Source: Chloroflexota bacterium
GTDB lineage: Bacteria > Chloroflexota > Dehalococcoidia > Lucifugimonadales > JACPCL1
Direction of reading: 5' to 3'
DNA: 43,544 nt
NCBI GenBank assembly: GCA_016202485.1
Contig: JACQOP010000138.1
Coordinates: 1 to 43,544 of the forward strand
In this document: positions 1 to 8,539 of the stretch, one piece after another
Layout of the letters: each line of letters starts with the position of its first letter
Position numbering within the stretch: position 1 is the stretch's first letter
The notes under the pieces: generated by a model
The model's input: only the letters and a program-made list of their open reading frames with translations
Told to the model about the DNA's origin: nothing
The model's database searches: none
Translations under genes and position numbers: made by a program

Positions 1-995
1 GAGGATTCCCCTTTGGGGGAGGCGGTGGGCAGGGCGGGGGCTTCCGCCTGCCCATTATCGCGATGGGCCTAGAGCCGGGAACAGAGGCGGTGCTCCTGGG
101 CGGAGGAGTTGCGACCATGACCGCTGGGCGGCCCCTGGGCCTGGAGGATGGGGAGGCGGATGTGGCGATACTGGGCCAGGCGCTGGCGAACGCAAATAGC
201 CTGCAGATTGGTTCCACCATTGACTGGGAGGGGACGCCGGTGGAGGTGATTGGTGTCTTTACGAGCGGCCAGCGGTTTGGGGACAACATGGTGGTGATGC
301 CCTTCAGCACTGCTCAGCGGCTGCTGGGTCTGGAAGGGGAGGTGAGTCAGGCGGTAGTGAACATAGACTCGGCGGCGAACATCTCTGCGGTAGAGCAGGC
401 CATACGGGCCAGCCTGGGTAGCGACCAGGCAGACGTGGTCAGTGACGCCCAACGCATCATCCAGGTGACCAGCTCCCTGGAGAGCGCCCAGAATACGACG
501 AAGCTGGGGATGTATGGAGGGTTGGGGGCTGGGGCGGCGGTGATTGTGGCGTCCATGCTGCTGGTGGTGCGGGAGCGGCGCAGGGAGATTGGCGTGCTGA
601 AGGCGATAGGGGCCTCCAACCGGCAGGTGGTGTTCCAGTTTGCCGCGGAGAGCCTGGTCATTGCGGTGATTGCCGGCGCAGTGGGGTTGCTGGTGGCCCA
701 GGGAGCCTTTGAGCCGGTGACCGCCCTGACGGTACCCACAACCCAGGCCCAGGTGAACGCCGGGGGATTTGCGGGGTTCCCCGGGCCTGGGAGAGGAGGG
801 GGTGCAGGGCTCCGGGCGCTGGTGGGAGGCGGCGGCGGCCAGTCCTTTGGGGTAGGTACCATAGAGGCTGGGCTGAGCCTGAGCAGCGGCCTGTTCATCG
901 CCGGCTCGGGGATTGTCATGGCCCTGTTCGCTGCCCTTGCTTCCGTGTGGTCTATAGCGCGGGTCAAACCTGCTGAGGTGCTGAGGAGTGAATGA
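1..995 (+). CDS. ABC transporter permease, FtsX/MacB-like (5' end outside window)
   Basis: The frame is open to the window start (GFPFGGGG...PIIAMGLEPG). It has an FtsX-type C-terminal helix bundle (LLVVRERRREIGVLKAIGASNRQVV...) and a Gly-rich loop before the last TM. It overlaps the downstream ATPase gene by 8 nt. Confidence 0.8.
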   Translation, partial: GFPFGGGGGQGGGFRLPIIAMGLEPGTEAVLLGGGVATMTAGRPLGLEDGEADVAILGQALANANSLQIGSTIDWEGTPVEVIGVFTSGQRFGDNMVVMPFSTAQRLLGLEGEVSQAVVNIDSAANISAVEQAIRASLGSDQADVVSDAQRIIQVTSSLESAQNTTKLGMYGGLGAGAAVIVASMLLVVRERRREIGVLKAIGASNRQVVFQFAAESLVIAVIAGAVGLLVAQGAFEPVTALTVPTTQAQVNAGGFAGFPGPGRGGGAGLRALVGGGGGQSFGVGTIEAGLSLSSGLFIAGSGIVMALFAALASVWSIARVKPAEVLRSE

Positions 996-1683
996 GATGG
1001 AAGGACATGCTATTGTACAGACAAGGAAGCTGGTGAAGGAGTTTCGTATGGGGCCGCAGGTTATCCGTGCGGTGGATGGAGTGAATCTTTCGTTGCAAAA
1101 AGGGAAGGTGACGGCCATCATGGGGCCGAGCGGCTGCGGGAAGAGCACGCTGATGCACCTGATGGGGGCGCTGGAGCGGCCCACAGAGGGGAGCCTGGTG
1201 GTGGATGGGGTGGAGGTGACGTCCCTGTCTGCCAGGGAAGAGGTGGAGTACCGCCGGCGCAAGGTGGGGTTTGTGTTCCAGGACTATCATCTCCTGCCGG
1301 GGCTAACGGCGCTGGAGAACGTGGCGCTGCCCATGGAGCTGGCGGGGGCGCCCCGCGCCCGGCAGGCGCCGCGAGCTATGGACCTGCTGGAAAGTGTGGG
1401 GTTGGGGGAGGAACGCCACGGGCACCGCCCAACGCGGCTTTCGGGGGGAGAGCAGCAGCGGGTGGCTATCGCCAGGGCTTTGGCCAACGACCCCAGTCTG
1501 ATCCTGGCGGATGAGCCAACAGGAAACCTGGACAGCAAGACGGGGCGGCAGATTGTGGACCTGCTGTTCCGGCTGGCGAAGGAGGAGGGGAAAACGGTGG
1601 TGCTGGTGACCCACGAGCCGGGCCTTGGCAGGCGGGCGGACCGTCTGGTGCAGATGGAGGATGGGAGGATAGTGGAGGGGTAA
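988..1683 (+). CDS. ABC transporter ATP-binding protein (MacB/LolD-type)
   Basis: Walker A GPSGCGKST, signature LSGGEQQRVAIARAL and Walker B LILADEPTGNLD are present. The start is GTG 988 or ATG 997. Confidence 0.9.
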   Translation: MNEMEGHAIVQTRKLVKEFRMGPQVIRAVDGVNLSLQKGKVTAIMGPSGCGKSTLMHLMGALERPTEGSLVVDGVEVTSLSAREEVEYRRRKVGFVFQDYHLLPGLTALENVALPMELAGAPRARQAPRAMDLLESVGLGEERHGHRPTRLSGGEQQRVAIARALANDPSLILADEPTGNLDSKTGRQIVDLLFRLAKEEGKTVVLVTHEPGLGRRADRLVQMEDGRIVEG

Positions 1684-1707
1684 GCACTGGCTGTTCCCAT
1701 ATAAAGC

Positions 1708-1742
1708 AAAGGGAAAGACACACATAGTGCGTCTCTCCCTTT
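1708..1742 (+). terminator. Putative hairpin terminator after the ABC pair
   Basis: aaagggaaagac / gtctctcccttt pairs 11 of 12 positions around an 11-nt loop. The T residues lie inside the stem, so the tail is weak. Confidence 0.4.
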
Positions 1743-1832
1743 GTATCAGGCGCACGCAAGCTGTCCTCCTTTGGGTGTATCATAGGGGGACATTGTCGTC
1801 TGGGGCTATCCGATACAAAGGAGGGTAGCAAG

Positions 1833-2786
1833 GTGCGCGTGCTGGTGACGGGGGCCACCGGGTTTGTGGGCCGCCATGTGGTGAAGGCGCTGGCCCAGCG
1901 GGGCCATAGCGTACGCGCTGCGGGCCGCAGCCGGGGGCGGGAGGGCGTGGTGGCCGGCGAACGTGTGGAGCTGGCCTATGCCGATGTGGCCGACGCCTCA
2001 TCGTGGAAGGCGGCGATGGATGGTGTGGAGGCGGTGATGCACCTGGTGGCGATTATTCGGGAGCGACGGGGCATGACCTTTGAGGCCGTGAACTACCGGG
2101 GTACTATGACCGTGGCGAGTGCGGCGAAGGAAGCGGGGGTGCGGGCCTTTGTGCACCTGGGGGCCATCGGGTCAGGGGACTTGCCGGAGTACCCCTACCT
2201 GCGCTCCAAGTGGCAGGGGGAGCAGTCGGTTATCAACAGCGGCGCGCCGTACACCATCATCCGCAGCTCCCTCATCTTTGGGCCTGGGGATGAGTTCATC
2301 AACACACTGGCGGGCTTGGTGAAGGGCTTCCCCATTGTGCCGGTGCCCGGGGACGGCAAGGCGCGCTTCCAGCCCATCCACGTGGAGGACGCGGCCCGCT
2401 GCATCGCCGAGGCCCTTGAGGGGGAAGGTTTTCGGGGGAAGACGGTGGAGATTGGCGGGCCGGAGCAGTTGACCTATGACCAGATTGTGGATCTGATAGC
2501 GCAGACGCTGGGGTACCAGCGGTGGAAGCTGCACGTGCCCGTGGGGGTCATGCGCGGGCCAGTGTGGCTGATGGAGCGAGCGCGAGATACTCCGCCTGCC
2601 ACGACACAGCAGTTGGACATGCTGGCCATAGACAATGTGGCGGAGAGAATGGATGCGGTGAAGGCGGTTTTTGGCTTCAAACCGCGGCCCCTCCAGGGTA
2701 ACATTGAGTACATCAAAGACATCACCTTCGGGGACGCTTACCGGATTGCCCTGGGGATGATTCCCCGGCATATACGGGACCATTAG
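1833..2786 (+). CDS. NAD(P)-binding SDR/NmrA-like protein (NDUFA9-like atypical SDR)
   Basis: N-terminal Rossmann motif VLVTGATGFVGRHV. GTG start preceded by aaggaggg. Confidence 0.8.
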   Translation: MRVLVTGATGFVGRHVVKALAQRGHSVRAAGRSRGREGVVAGERVELAYADVADASSWKAAMDGVEAVMHLVAIIRERRGMTFEAVNYRGTMTVASAAKEAGVRAFVHLGAIGSGDLPEYPYLRSKWQGEQSVINSGAPYTIIRSSLIFGPGDEFINTLAGLVKGFPIVPVPGDGKARFQPIHVEDAARCIAEALEGEGFRGKTVEIGGPEQLTYDQIVDLIAQTLGYQRWKLHVPVGVMRGPVWLMERARDTPPATTQQLDMLAIDNVAERMDAVKAVFGFKPRPLQGNIEYIKDITFGDAYRIALGMIPRHIRDH

Positions 2787-2798
2787 TTAGTCGGAAAC

Positions 2799-4169
2799 GT
2801 GCCTATGAACTATACGGAATCGCTGGACAAGCTGCTGAGCCTGACGGACCTGGAACGGGTATCGGGGCAGGGGCCCCACCACCGGCGCTATGACCTGGGT
2901 CGCATCCGCTTGCTGCTGAAGCGCCTGGACAATCCCCACCTGAAGACGCCGACGGTGCACGTGACGGGCACCAAGGGAAAGGGCAGCACGGCGGCGATGA
3001 TTGCATCAGTGCTGGCGGCCCAGGGGTACAAGCCCGGGCTGTTCACGTCGCCGCACCTGCACGCCTTCCGGGAGCGCATCCAGTTCAACGGCCAGCCCAT
3101 CAGCGAGGGGGAGTTCGCCGGCCTGGTGGAGGAGCTGTGGCCCCTGGTACAGGGCATCAACGCCGAGGGGGTGCATGGAGGGGTGACGGTGTTTGAGGTG
3201 CTCACGGCCATGGCCTTCCAACACTACGCACGAAAGGGGGCGGGGTTTCAGGTGATAGAGGTGGGCCTGGGCGGGAGGCTGGACTCCACCAACGTGGTGG
3301 AGCCGCAGCTCTGTGTGTTCACGTCCATCAGCCTGGACCATACGGCCATCCTGGGAGATACGGTGGAGAAGATTGCGGCGGACAAGGGCGGCATCATGAA
3401 GCCGGGCGCAGTAGCGGTGACCAGCCCCCAGCAGCCGGGGGCGATGGAGGCGCTGCGGACAATCGCCCAGGAGCTGGGCGTCCCCCTTATTCCCTCGGCC
3501 GAGGAGTGCAATTGCACATTGCAGGCCCATGACCTGGATGGGCAGTCCTTCACACTATCGGCGCCCTGGGGGGAGTTTCCTTTGCGGACGCCGCTGCTGG
3601 GAGGACACCAGTTGGAGAACGCAGCGACGGCCCTGGTGGGACTGCAGGTGCTGCACGAGCGGGGGTTCACCATTGGGCGTGACGCCATTGTGCAGGGGTT
3701 CCGCACAGTGCGGTGGCCGGGGCGGCTGGAAGTGCTGTCACGGGAGCCGCTGCTGGTGGTGGACGGAGCGCACAACCCGTACTCGGCAGGCAAACTGTGG
3801 GAGGCCCTGCACCAGTATTTTACGTTCAGCAAGCTCATCTATGTGGTGGGCCTTTCCGCCGATAAAAACATCCCGGGCATTGTGCAGGAGCTGGCGCAGG
3901 GCGGGCCGGAGGTGATTGTCACGCGGTCACGGCACCCCAGGGCGGCGTCCATGCAGGCGATTGTGGCGGAGTTTGCCCAGGCAGGGGTGATGGCCCAGGC
4001 GGTAGACGGGGTGGAGGGGGCGCTGGAGCGGGCGCAGGCGCTGGCCGGGCCGGGGGATATGGTGGTGGTGACGGGGTCGCTGTTTGTGGCAGCGGAGGCG
4101 CGAGAGCACGTCTTGGGCATCGCGCCGGAGCTGTACGCCAGCCTGGACGCGCGGGCGGGGGTGCCGTAG
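2799..4169 (+). CDS. folC: Folylpolyglutamate synthase / dihydrofolate synthase
   Basis: Mur-ligase P-loop HVTGTKGKGST and the DGAHNP motif are present. Length is about 455 aa. The start is GTG 2799 or ATG 2805. Confidence 0.85.
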   Translation: MPMNYTESLDKLLSLTDLERVSGQGPHHRRYDLGRIRLLLKRLDNPHLKTPTVHVTGTKGKGSTAAMIASVLAAQGYKPGLFTSPHLHAFRERIQFNGQPISEGEFAGLVEELWPLVQGINAEGVHGGVTVFEVLTAMAFQHYARKGAGFQVIEVGLGGRLDSTNVVEPQLCVFTSISLDHTAILGDTVEKIAADKGGIMKPGAVAVTSPQQPGAMEALRTIAQELGVPLIPSAEECNCTLQAHDLDGQSFTLSAPWGEFPLRTPLLGGHQLENAATALVGLQVLHERGFTIGRDAIVQGFRTVRWPGRLEVLSREPLLVVDGAHNPYSAGKLWEALHQYFTFSKLIYVVGLSADKNIPGIVQELAQGGPEVIVTRSRHPRAASMQAIVAEFAQAGVMAQAVDGVEGALERAQALAGPGDMVVVTGSLFVAAEAREHVLGIAPELYASLDARAGVP

Positions 4170-4321
4170 GGAGATTTTTCGCTTCGTTGGCCCCTTCGGG
4201 ACTACCTTGCCGAAAATCTCCTGCCTGAGCTACAAGCATCCTCAAGGATAAGCATGTCTCCCAGGTTCTTTTATACTACAGACCCTTTTGTGCCACCCTC
4301 CCACCCATAACGCCGGGGGAT

Positions 4322-4352
4322 ACCCCCGGCGAGGGTGTGGCCCTCTGCCCAC
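4322..4352. repeat. 31-bp repeat, copy A (upstream of fabF)
   Basis: acccccggcgagggtgtggccctctgcccac matches 5711..5741 at 26 of 31 positions. Confidence 0.5.
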
Positions 4353-4372
4353 CTGGGGGTCAGGTGTTTTTT
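4350..4372 (+). terminator. Terminator-like hairpin with T6 tract between folC and fabF
   Basis: cacctg-ggggt-caggtg followed by tttttt. It lies inside the long ORF-track version of fabF, which supports the ATG 4436 start. Confidence 0.45.
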
Positions 4373-4435
4373 CCGTGGCAAGGGCAAGAGGGCAGGGCTC
4401 GTGGCAGGGGCCAGACCTTTAGTAGAGGTACAGGT

Positions 4436-5695
4436 ATGACAGTGCAAAACCATCGCCGCAGGGTTGTGGTGACAGGGATGGGGGCGGTGACGCCCCTGGG
4501 CACATCGGTGGAGGCTTTCTGGCAGGGGCTGGTGGCCGGGCGGTCGGGCATTGGCCCGATGACGCTGTGCGACCCATCGGCGTACCCGTGCCGCATCTCG
4601 GGGGAGGTGTCCAACTGGGACCCGGGGCAGTTCATCAACATCCGTGAGGCGCGGCGCATGGCCCGCTTCACCCAGCTTGCGGTGGCGGCGGCCCAGATGG
4701 CGGTAGCGGACGCCCGCATCAACCTGGAAGGGCTGGACCGCACACGAGCCGGCGTTATTCTGGGCAACGGCAACGGCGGTTTTCCAACGATAGACGAGAC
4801 CATGCGGATCATTATTGAGAAGGGAGGTATGCGTATCTCGCCCTTCTTCTTCCCTATGATCCTACCGAACATGGCTGCGGCGACGGTAAGCCGGGTGCTG
4901 GGGGCGCAGGGGGTGTTGTCCACGGTGACCACGGCGTGCGCGGCCTCCACCCAGTCCATTGGTGATGCGGTGGAGGTGATACGGCGGGGCGCTGCGGACG
5001 TGGTCTTTGCCGGCGGGACCGAGGCGGGGATCAGCGAGCTGGGGCTGGCCGGGTTCTGCGTGATGCGGGCATTGAGCACCCAGAACGAGGACCCCCAGGC
5101 GGCCAGCCGGCCCTTTGACGCCAGGCGTGACGGCTTTATCCCGGGTGAAGGCGCGGCCATCCTGGTGCTGGAGAGCCTGGAGCATGCCCTGGCCCGGGAT
5201 GCAAAGGTCCTGGCGGAGGTGGCGGGCTACGGGGTGACCTCGGATGCGTACCACCCGGTGCAGCCGGAGGAGAACGGGGCGGGCGCCGCGCGGGCGATCC
5301 TGCTTGCCCTGGCGGATGCAGGCGTGACGCCGGCGGAGGTGGACTACATCAACGCCCACGGGACGTCCACGCCCCTGAACGATGCGGCGGAGACGAGGGC
5401 CATCAAGCTGGCCTTTGGGGAGGCGGCGTACCGTATCCCCATCAGTTCCACCAAGTCCATGATCGGTCATGCCCTGGGTGGCGCCGGTGGGATGGAGGCG
5501 GTGGCGTGCGTCAAGACCATCGTGGACGGGATGATGCACCCCACCATCAACTACCAGTTCCCAGACCCGGAGTGTGACCTGGATTATGTGCCCAACCAGG
5601 CGCGGAAGAAGGACGTGCGGGTGGCGCTGTCCAACAGCTTTGGATTTGGGGGGCAGAACGCATGCCTGGTGTTCAGGAAGTTTGAGGGGTTCTAG
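4436..5695 (+). CDS. fabF: Beta-ketoacyl-ACP synthase II
   Basis: N-terminus RRVVVTGMGAVTPLG, active-site context TACAAST, two His motifs (HGTSTP, GHALGGAG) and C-terminal SFGFGGQNA. The start was moved to the internal ATG that gives the canonical N-terminus. Confidence 0.9.
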   Translation: MTVQNHRRRVVVTGMGAVTPLGTSVEAFWQGLVAGRSGIGPMTLCDPSAYPCRISGEVSNWDPGQFINIREARRMARFTQLAVAAAQMAVADARINLEGLDRTRAGVILGNGNGGFPTIDETMRIIIEKGGMRISPFFFPMILPNMAAATVSRVLGAQGVLSTVTTACAASTQSIGDAVEVIRRGAADVVFAGGTEAGISELGLAGFCVMRALSTQNEDPQAASRPFDARRDGFIPGEGAAILVLESLEHALARDAKVLAEVAGYGVTSDAYHPVQPEENGAGAARAILLALADAGVTPAEVDYINAHGTSTPLNDAAETRAIKLAFGEAAYRIPISSTKSMIGHALGGAGGMEAVACVKTIVDGMMHPTINYQFPDPECDLDYVPNQARKKDVRVALSNSFGFGGQNACLVFRKFEGF

Positions 5696-5710
5696 AGGAC
5701 ACCCCCAGCA

Positions 5711-5741
5711 GCCCCCAGCCAGGGTACGGCCCTCTGCGCAC
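5711..5741. repeat. 31-bp repeat, copy B (downstream of fabF)
   Basis: gcccccagccagggtacggccctctgcgcac. See copy A at 4322..4352. Confidence 0.5.
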
Positions 5742-5889
5742 TGCACCGCTATGTTCGTAGCAATGACAAACGCGAAGCGCCTTGGAGAGGGATCAGGCTC
5801 TATGTTCGTAGCTACAGCGCCCGACACCCTCGCCCAACCGAGGGTGTCGGGAATAATAGATAACCTACGGCAGTAGTCCCACTGCCATC

Positions 5890-5917
5890 AAAAAAAGAAC
5901 CCACCTCTATGGGTGGG
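5890..5917 (-). terminator. Rho-independent terminator of the SWIM-protein gene
   Basis: The minus strand reads cccacc-catag(a)-ggtggg followed by ttcttttttt, immediately after the TAA stop at 5920. Confidence 0.65.
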
Positions 5918-5919
5918 CG

Positions 5920-6174
5920 TTAAGTCCGGGGTTCTACGGCAGGCGCCGTAAGCTGCACTCCGTTGAGGACTCGCTCCATTGTCATCGTATGACTGCATAC
6001 TTTGCCAGAGAGGAAGTGGTCGCAGGTGCAGCGCCAGGCCCCACCTTCGTAAGAGACTTGGTGGCTGTCGTTCTCGCCACGGATGGTGGCGGAGAACTGG
6101 CCGACGCTGATGCGGTCCCGTTCCTGAGCATACCGCTGGGCCTTCTCAACCATGCCAATGAGGCTTGAGTACAT
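5920..6174 (-). CDS. Small SWIM zinc-finger protein
   Basis: CxCxnCxH signature in WRCTCDHFLSGKVCSHTM. Length 84 aa. Confidence 0.6.
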   Translation of the reverse strand: MYSSLIGMVEKAQRYAQERDRISVGQFSATIRGENDSHQVSYEGGAWRCTCDHFLSGKVCSHTMTMERVLNGVQLTAPAVEPRT

Positions 6175-6357
6175 GCACTCCTCCTGGGTTTCGGCACTTG
6201 GAGTATCAGCACTGGCTAGTGGGAACAGGTCCCACTTGCATCGTACTCTTGGGGACAGGTAGAGTCAATGCGCAGGAGGGGTTATTTTCGTTGACTGGTG
6301 CGTTGCCTGGTGCTAAGCTACATGCAGTTACCGAAGATATGGAGTGAGGTGGCAAGG

Positions 6358-6588
6358 ATGCCGATCTACGAGTATGTGTGCCCAAGCTGTCAGTTGAAGT
6401 TTGAGAAGCTGCGCCCTATGAACTCCGGAACCACAGCGGAGTGTCCGGAGTGCCGGAAAGAGTCGCGGCGGGTGCTGTCGGTGTTTTCTGCGGTAAGCCT
6501 TAGCGCCGGCGGGGAATCGCAGGTGGTTGCCGGCGGCGGGTGCGCTTGCTCCGCCGGGGGTGTGTGCGCCTGCGCTACGACGGTGTAG
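6358..6588 (+). CDS. FmdB-family zinc-ribbon protein
   Basis: MPIYEYVCPSCQ...ECPECR (CxxC...CxxC) with a Gly/Cys-rich tail GGGCACSAGGVCAC. The internal ATG was chosen because it gives the family-typical MPxYEY start. Confidence 0.75.
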   Translation: MPIYEYVCPSCQLKFEKLRPMNSGTTAECPECRKESRRVLSVFSAVSLSAGGESQVVAGGGCACSAGGVCACATTV

Positions 6589-6613
6589 GGCGCTCTACGC
6601 AAGGCCATATGAA

Positions 6614-6655
6614 GCAGGGGTGGGTACGAAACCCGCCCCTGCATTTGTTTCTTTT
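6614..6655 (+). terminator. Rho-independent terminator
   Basis: gcaggggtgggt-acgaa-acccgcccctgc followed by atttgtttctttt. Confidence 0.7.
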
Positions 6656-6739
6656 GGGGCGACTCTGGGGGACATGGCTGAGGGTGGGAGTTACCCACAA
6701 CAGAGGACACCGTGTACATAGATGGGGAGACTATGGGCC

Positions 6740-7474
6740 CTAAGTGAACTGGGGCAGCTTGCTCTGGGCTGCGCGGACGCGCCACTCCCGGAGCCAGCCC
6801 AAGACGGTCAGGAGGATGGCGACGGCGAGGGCCTCGGCGATGGTGGCGGCGCCGATGAGGATGGTGGCTTCCAGCCAGAACTGGAAGGGGAACATCTGCA
6901 GGAGGTAGGATGTCCTGGGGTCAAGGATCCAAAAGTCGTTGGAGAAGCTGAGGCGGTGGAAGAGGGTAAAGAGAGGCTGGAAGGCGATGGCGGCCAGGAG
7001 TCCCACGGCCGCGATGGTGACCATGGTGAAGGCGCTGGCTTGGAGGAACAGACTCCGCGTGCGGGAGATGAACTCGTTGCCCTGGACAAAAAAGCCCAGG
7101 GTAATCCACAGGAACAGGAGCAGGAAAGCTCCCTCCTGGATGCGGTAGACGCGCTGGACAAGCTGCTTGACGTCGGCCATGTGGATGACCTCTCGTTCAC
7201 TGAAGAGGTAGATGGTCTCGCTGGCAATCACCAGGGTTACATCCAGTGGTTCCTGGTGGGAGTTGAAGTAGTCGCGGATCTGCTGGCCAGCTTCGGAGAG
7301 CTGCTCCAGGGTAAGTCCCGTCGTCTTCTCTACCCCCTGGCGTTGAAACTCCCACTCGTAGAAGGAGAGGCTGTTGAAGGCCAGGCGTACGTTGGAGGCG
7401 ACCAGGAGGGTGAGGAAGGCAGCGGTAAAGAAGGTGGTGGGCAGCGCATGAATGGTCTTGGCGATGATGTTCAT
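6740..7474 (-). CDS. TIGR01906/DUF1461-like integral membrane protein (Lit-like)
   Basis: About 4 TM helices with a large loop carrying FYEWEF, LFSEREVIHMADVKQLV and FSNDFW motifs, which recall the TIGR01906 family. Confidence 0.6.
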   Translation of the reverse strand: MNIIAKTIHALPTTFFTAAFLTLLVASNVRLAFNSLSFYEWEFQRQGVEKTTGLTLEQLSEAGQQIRDYFNSHQEPLDVTLVIASETIYLFSEREVIHMADVKQLVQRVYRIQEGAFLLLFLWITLGFFVQGNEFISRTRSLFLQASAFTMVTIAAVGLLAAIAFQPLFTLFHRLSFSNDFWILDPRTSYLLQMFPFQFWLEATILIGAATIAEALAVAILLTVLGWLREWRVRAAQSKLPQFT

Positions 7475-7551
7475 ACCTGGATGGTAGGATTGGCGGGCAG
7501 CGTTGTCAACGTTACAGGGGCTGCCTATAATCGGCCCAAAGGAGTCGGGCG

Positions 7552-8352
7552 ATGACAGACAGGACAGGCAAGGTATTCAGCGACCTGGTGGATATCCTGG
7601 CAAAGCTGCGCAGCCCGGAGGGGTGCCCCTGGGACCGGGAGCAGACCCACAAGTCCCTGAAGCGGAACCTGCTGGAGGAGTCCTATGAGGTGCTGGAGGC
7701 GATTGACCAGCAGGACTACAAGGCCCTGGCAGAGGAACTGGGGGACGTACTGTTGCAGATTGTATTCCACAGCCAGATGGCCTCGGAAGGGGGGAGGTTC
7801 ACCATAGATGAGGTGGTCGCAGGCATCAGCGAGAAACTGGTACGGCGGCACCCGCATGTATTCGGAGACGCCCAGGTGCAGGACGCGCGGGAGGTGGAGG
7901 CGCAATGGGAGGAACTGAAGCGCCAGGAGCGGCCTGGGGATGGGGGGCAAGGCCCGGAGTCGGCCCTGGGGAAGATACCGGCGGAGCTGCCTGCCCTTGC
8001 CTACAGCCAGCTTGTGCAGGAGCGGGCGGCGCGGATGGGGTTTGACTGGCCGGACCCCTCAGGCGCGCTGGACAAGGTGGCGGAGGAGGTCCAGGAGATT
8101 GCCGAGGCGCCGACGGCTGAGGAGAAGGGCAAGGAGTTTGGGGACCTGCTGTTCTCTCTGGTGAATGCAGGCCGCTGGATGGGGCTGCATGTGGAAGATG
8201 TGCTGCGCCAGGCGAACGGACGCTTTGCCGGGCGTTTCTCTGCGATGGAGCGGCTGGCCAGGGAGCGGGGACATGACTTCAGGGCGTTGCCCCTGGAGCA
8301 GAAGGACGCTCTGTGGGAGGAGGTGAAGAAGGGTGGCGCAGAAGCCGTATGA
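7552..8352 (+). CDS. mazG: Nucleoside triphosphate pyrophosphohydrolase MazG
   Basis: LRSPEGCPWDREQTHKSL and EESYEVLEAID motifs, tandem MazG domains, and SD aaggag 7 nt upstream. Confidence 0.9.
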   Translation: MTDRTGKVFSDLVDILAKLRSPEGCPWDREQTHKSLKRNLLEESYEVLEAIDQQDYKALAEELGDVLLQIVFHSQMASEGGRFTIDEVVAGISEKLVRRHPHVFGDAQVQDAREVEAQWEELKRQERPGDGGQGPESALGKIPAELPALAYSQLVQERAARMGFDWPDPSGALDKVAEEVQEIAEAPTAEEKGKEFGDLLFSLVNAGRWMGLHVEDVLRQANGRFAGRFSAMERLARERGHDFRALPLEQKDALWEEVKKGGAEAV

Positions 8353-8539
8353 CCTGTATAGTAGAAAAGACAGGTGATTAACTCAACAATATCCGTGGCT
8401 TCTCGCGTGATCCAGAAGAACATGAAGCTCCTCAGCAGGCGGCGTACCCGTTCAGTGGCGGGGCCGCCTGTTTTGGTATGCAGGTATGCCGCTGCGCTGG
8501 CACTGGCCTGGCCCCTCGCAGCAGAGGGGGCGGCTTGAC

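Noticed and set aside
4382-4410. G-quadruplex-like run gggcaagagggcagggctcgtggcagggg upstream of fabF.
   Set aside because: One loop is 9 nt long, and G-runs are common in this GC-rich DNA. There is no supporting context.
4337-4435. N-terminal extensions offered by the ORF track for fabF. The same applies to actB1, actE, ccmH, ccmF, the ABC ATPase at 8486, hcp, NPP, the HpcH aldolase and the AEC transporter.
   Set aside because: Internal starts give the canonical family N-termini or signal peptides and have better SDs. The fabF extension would also contain a terminator-like hairpin.
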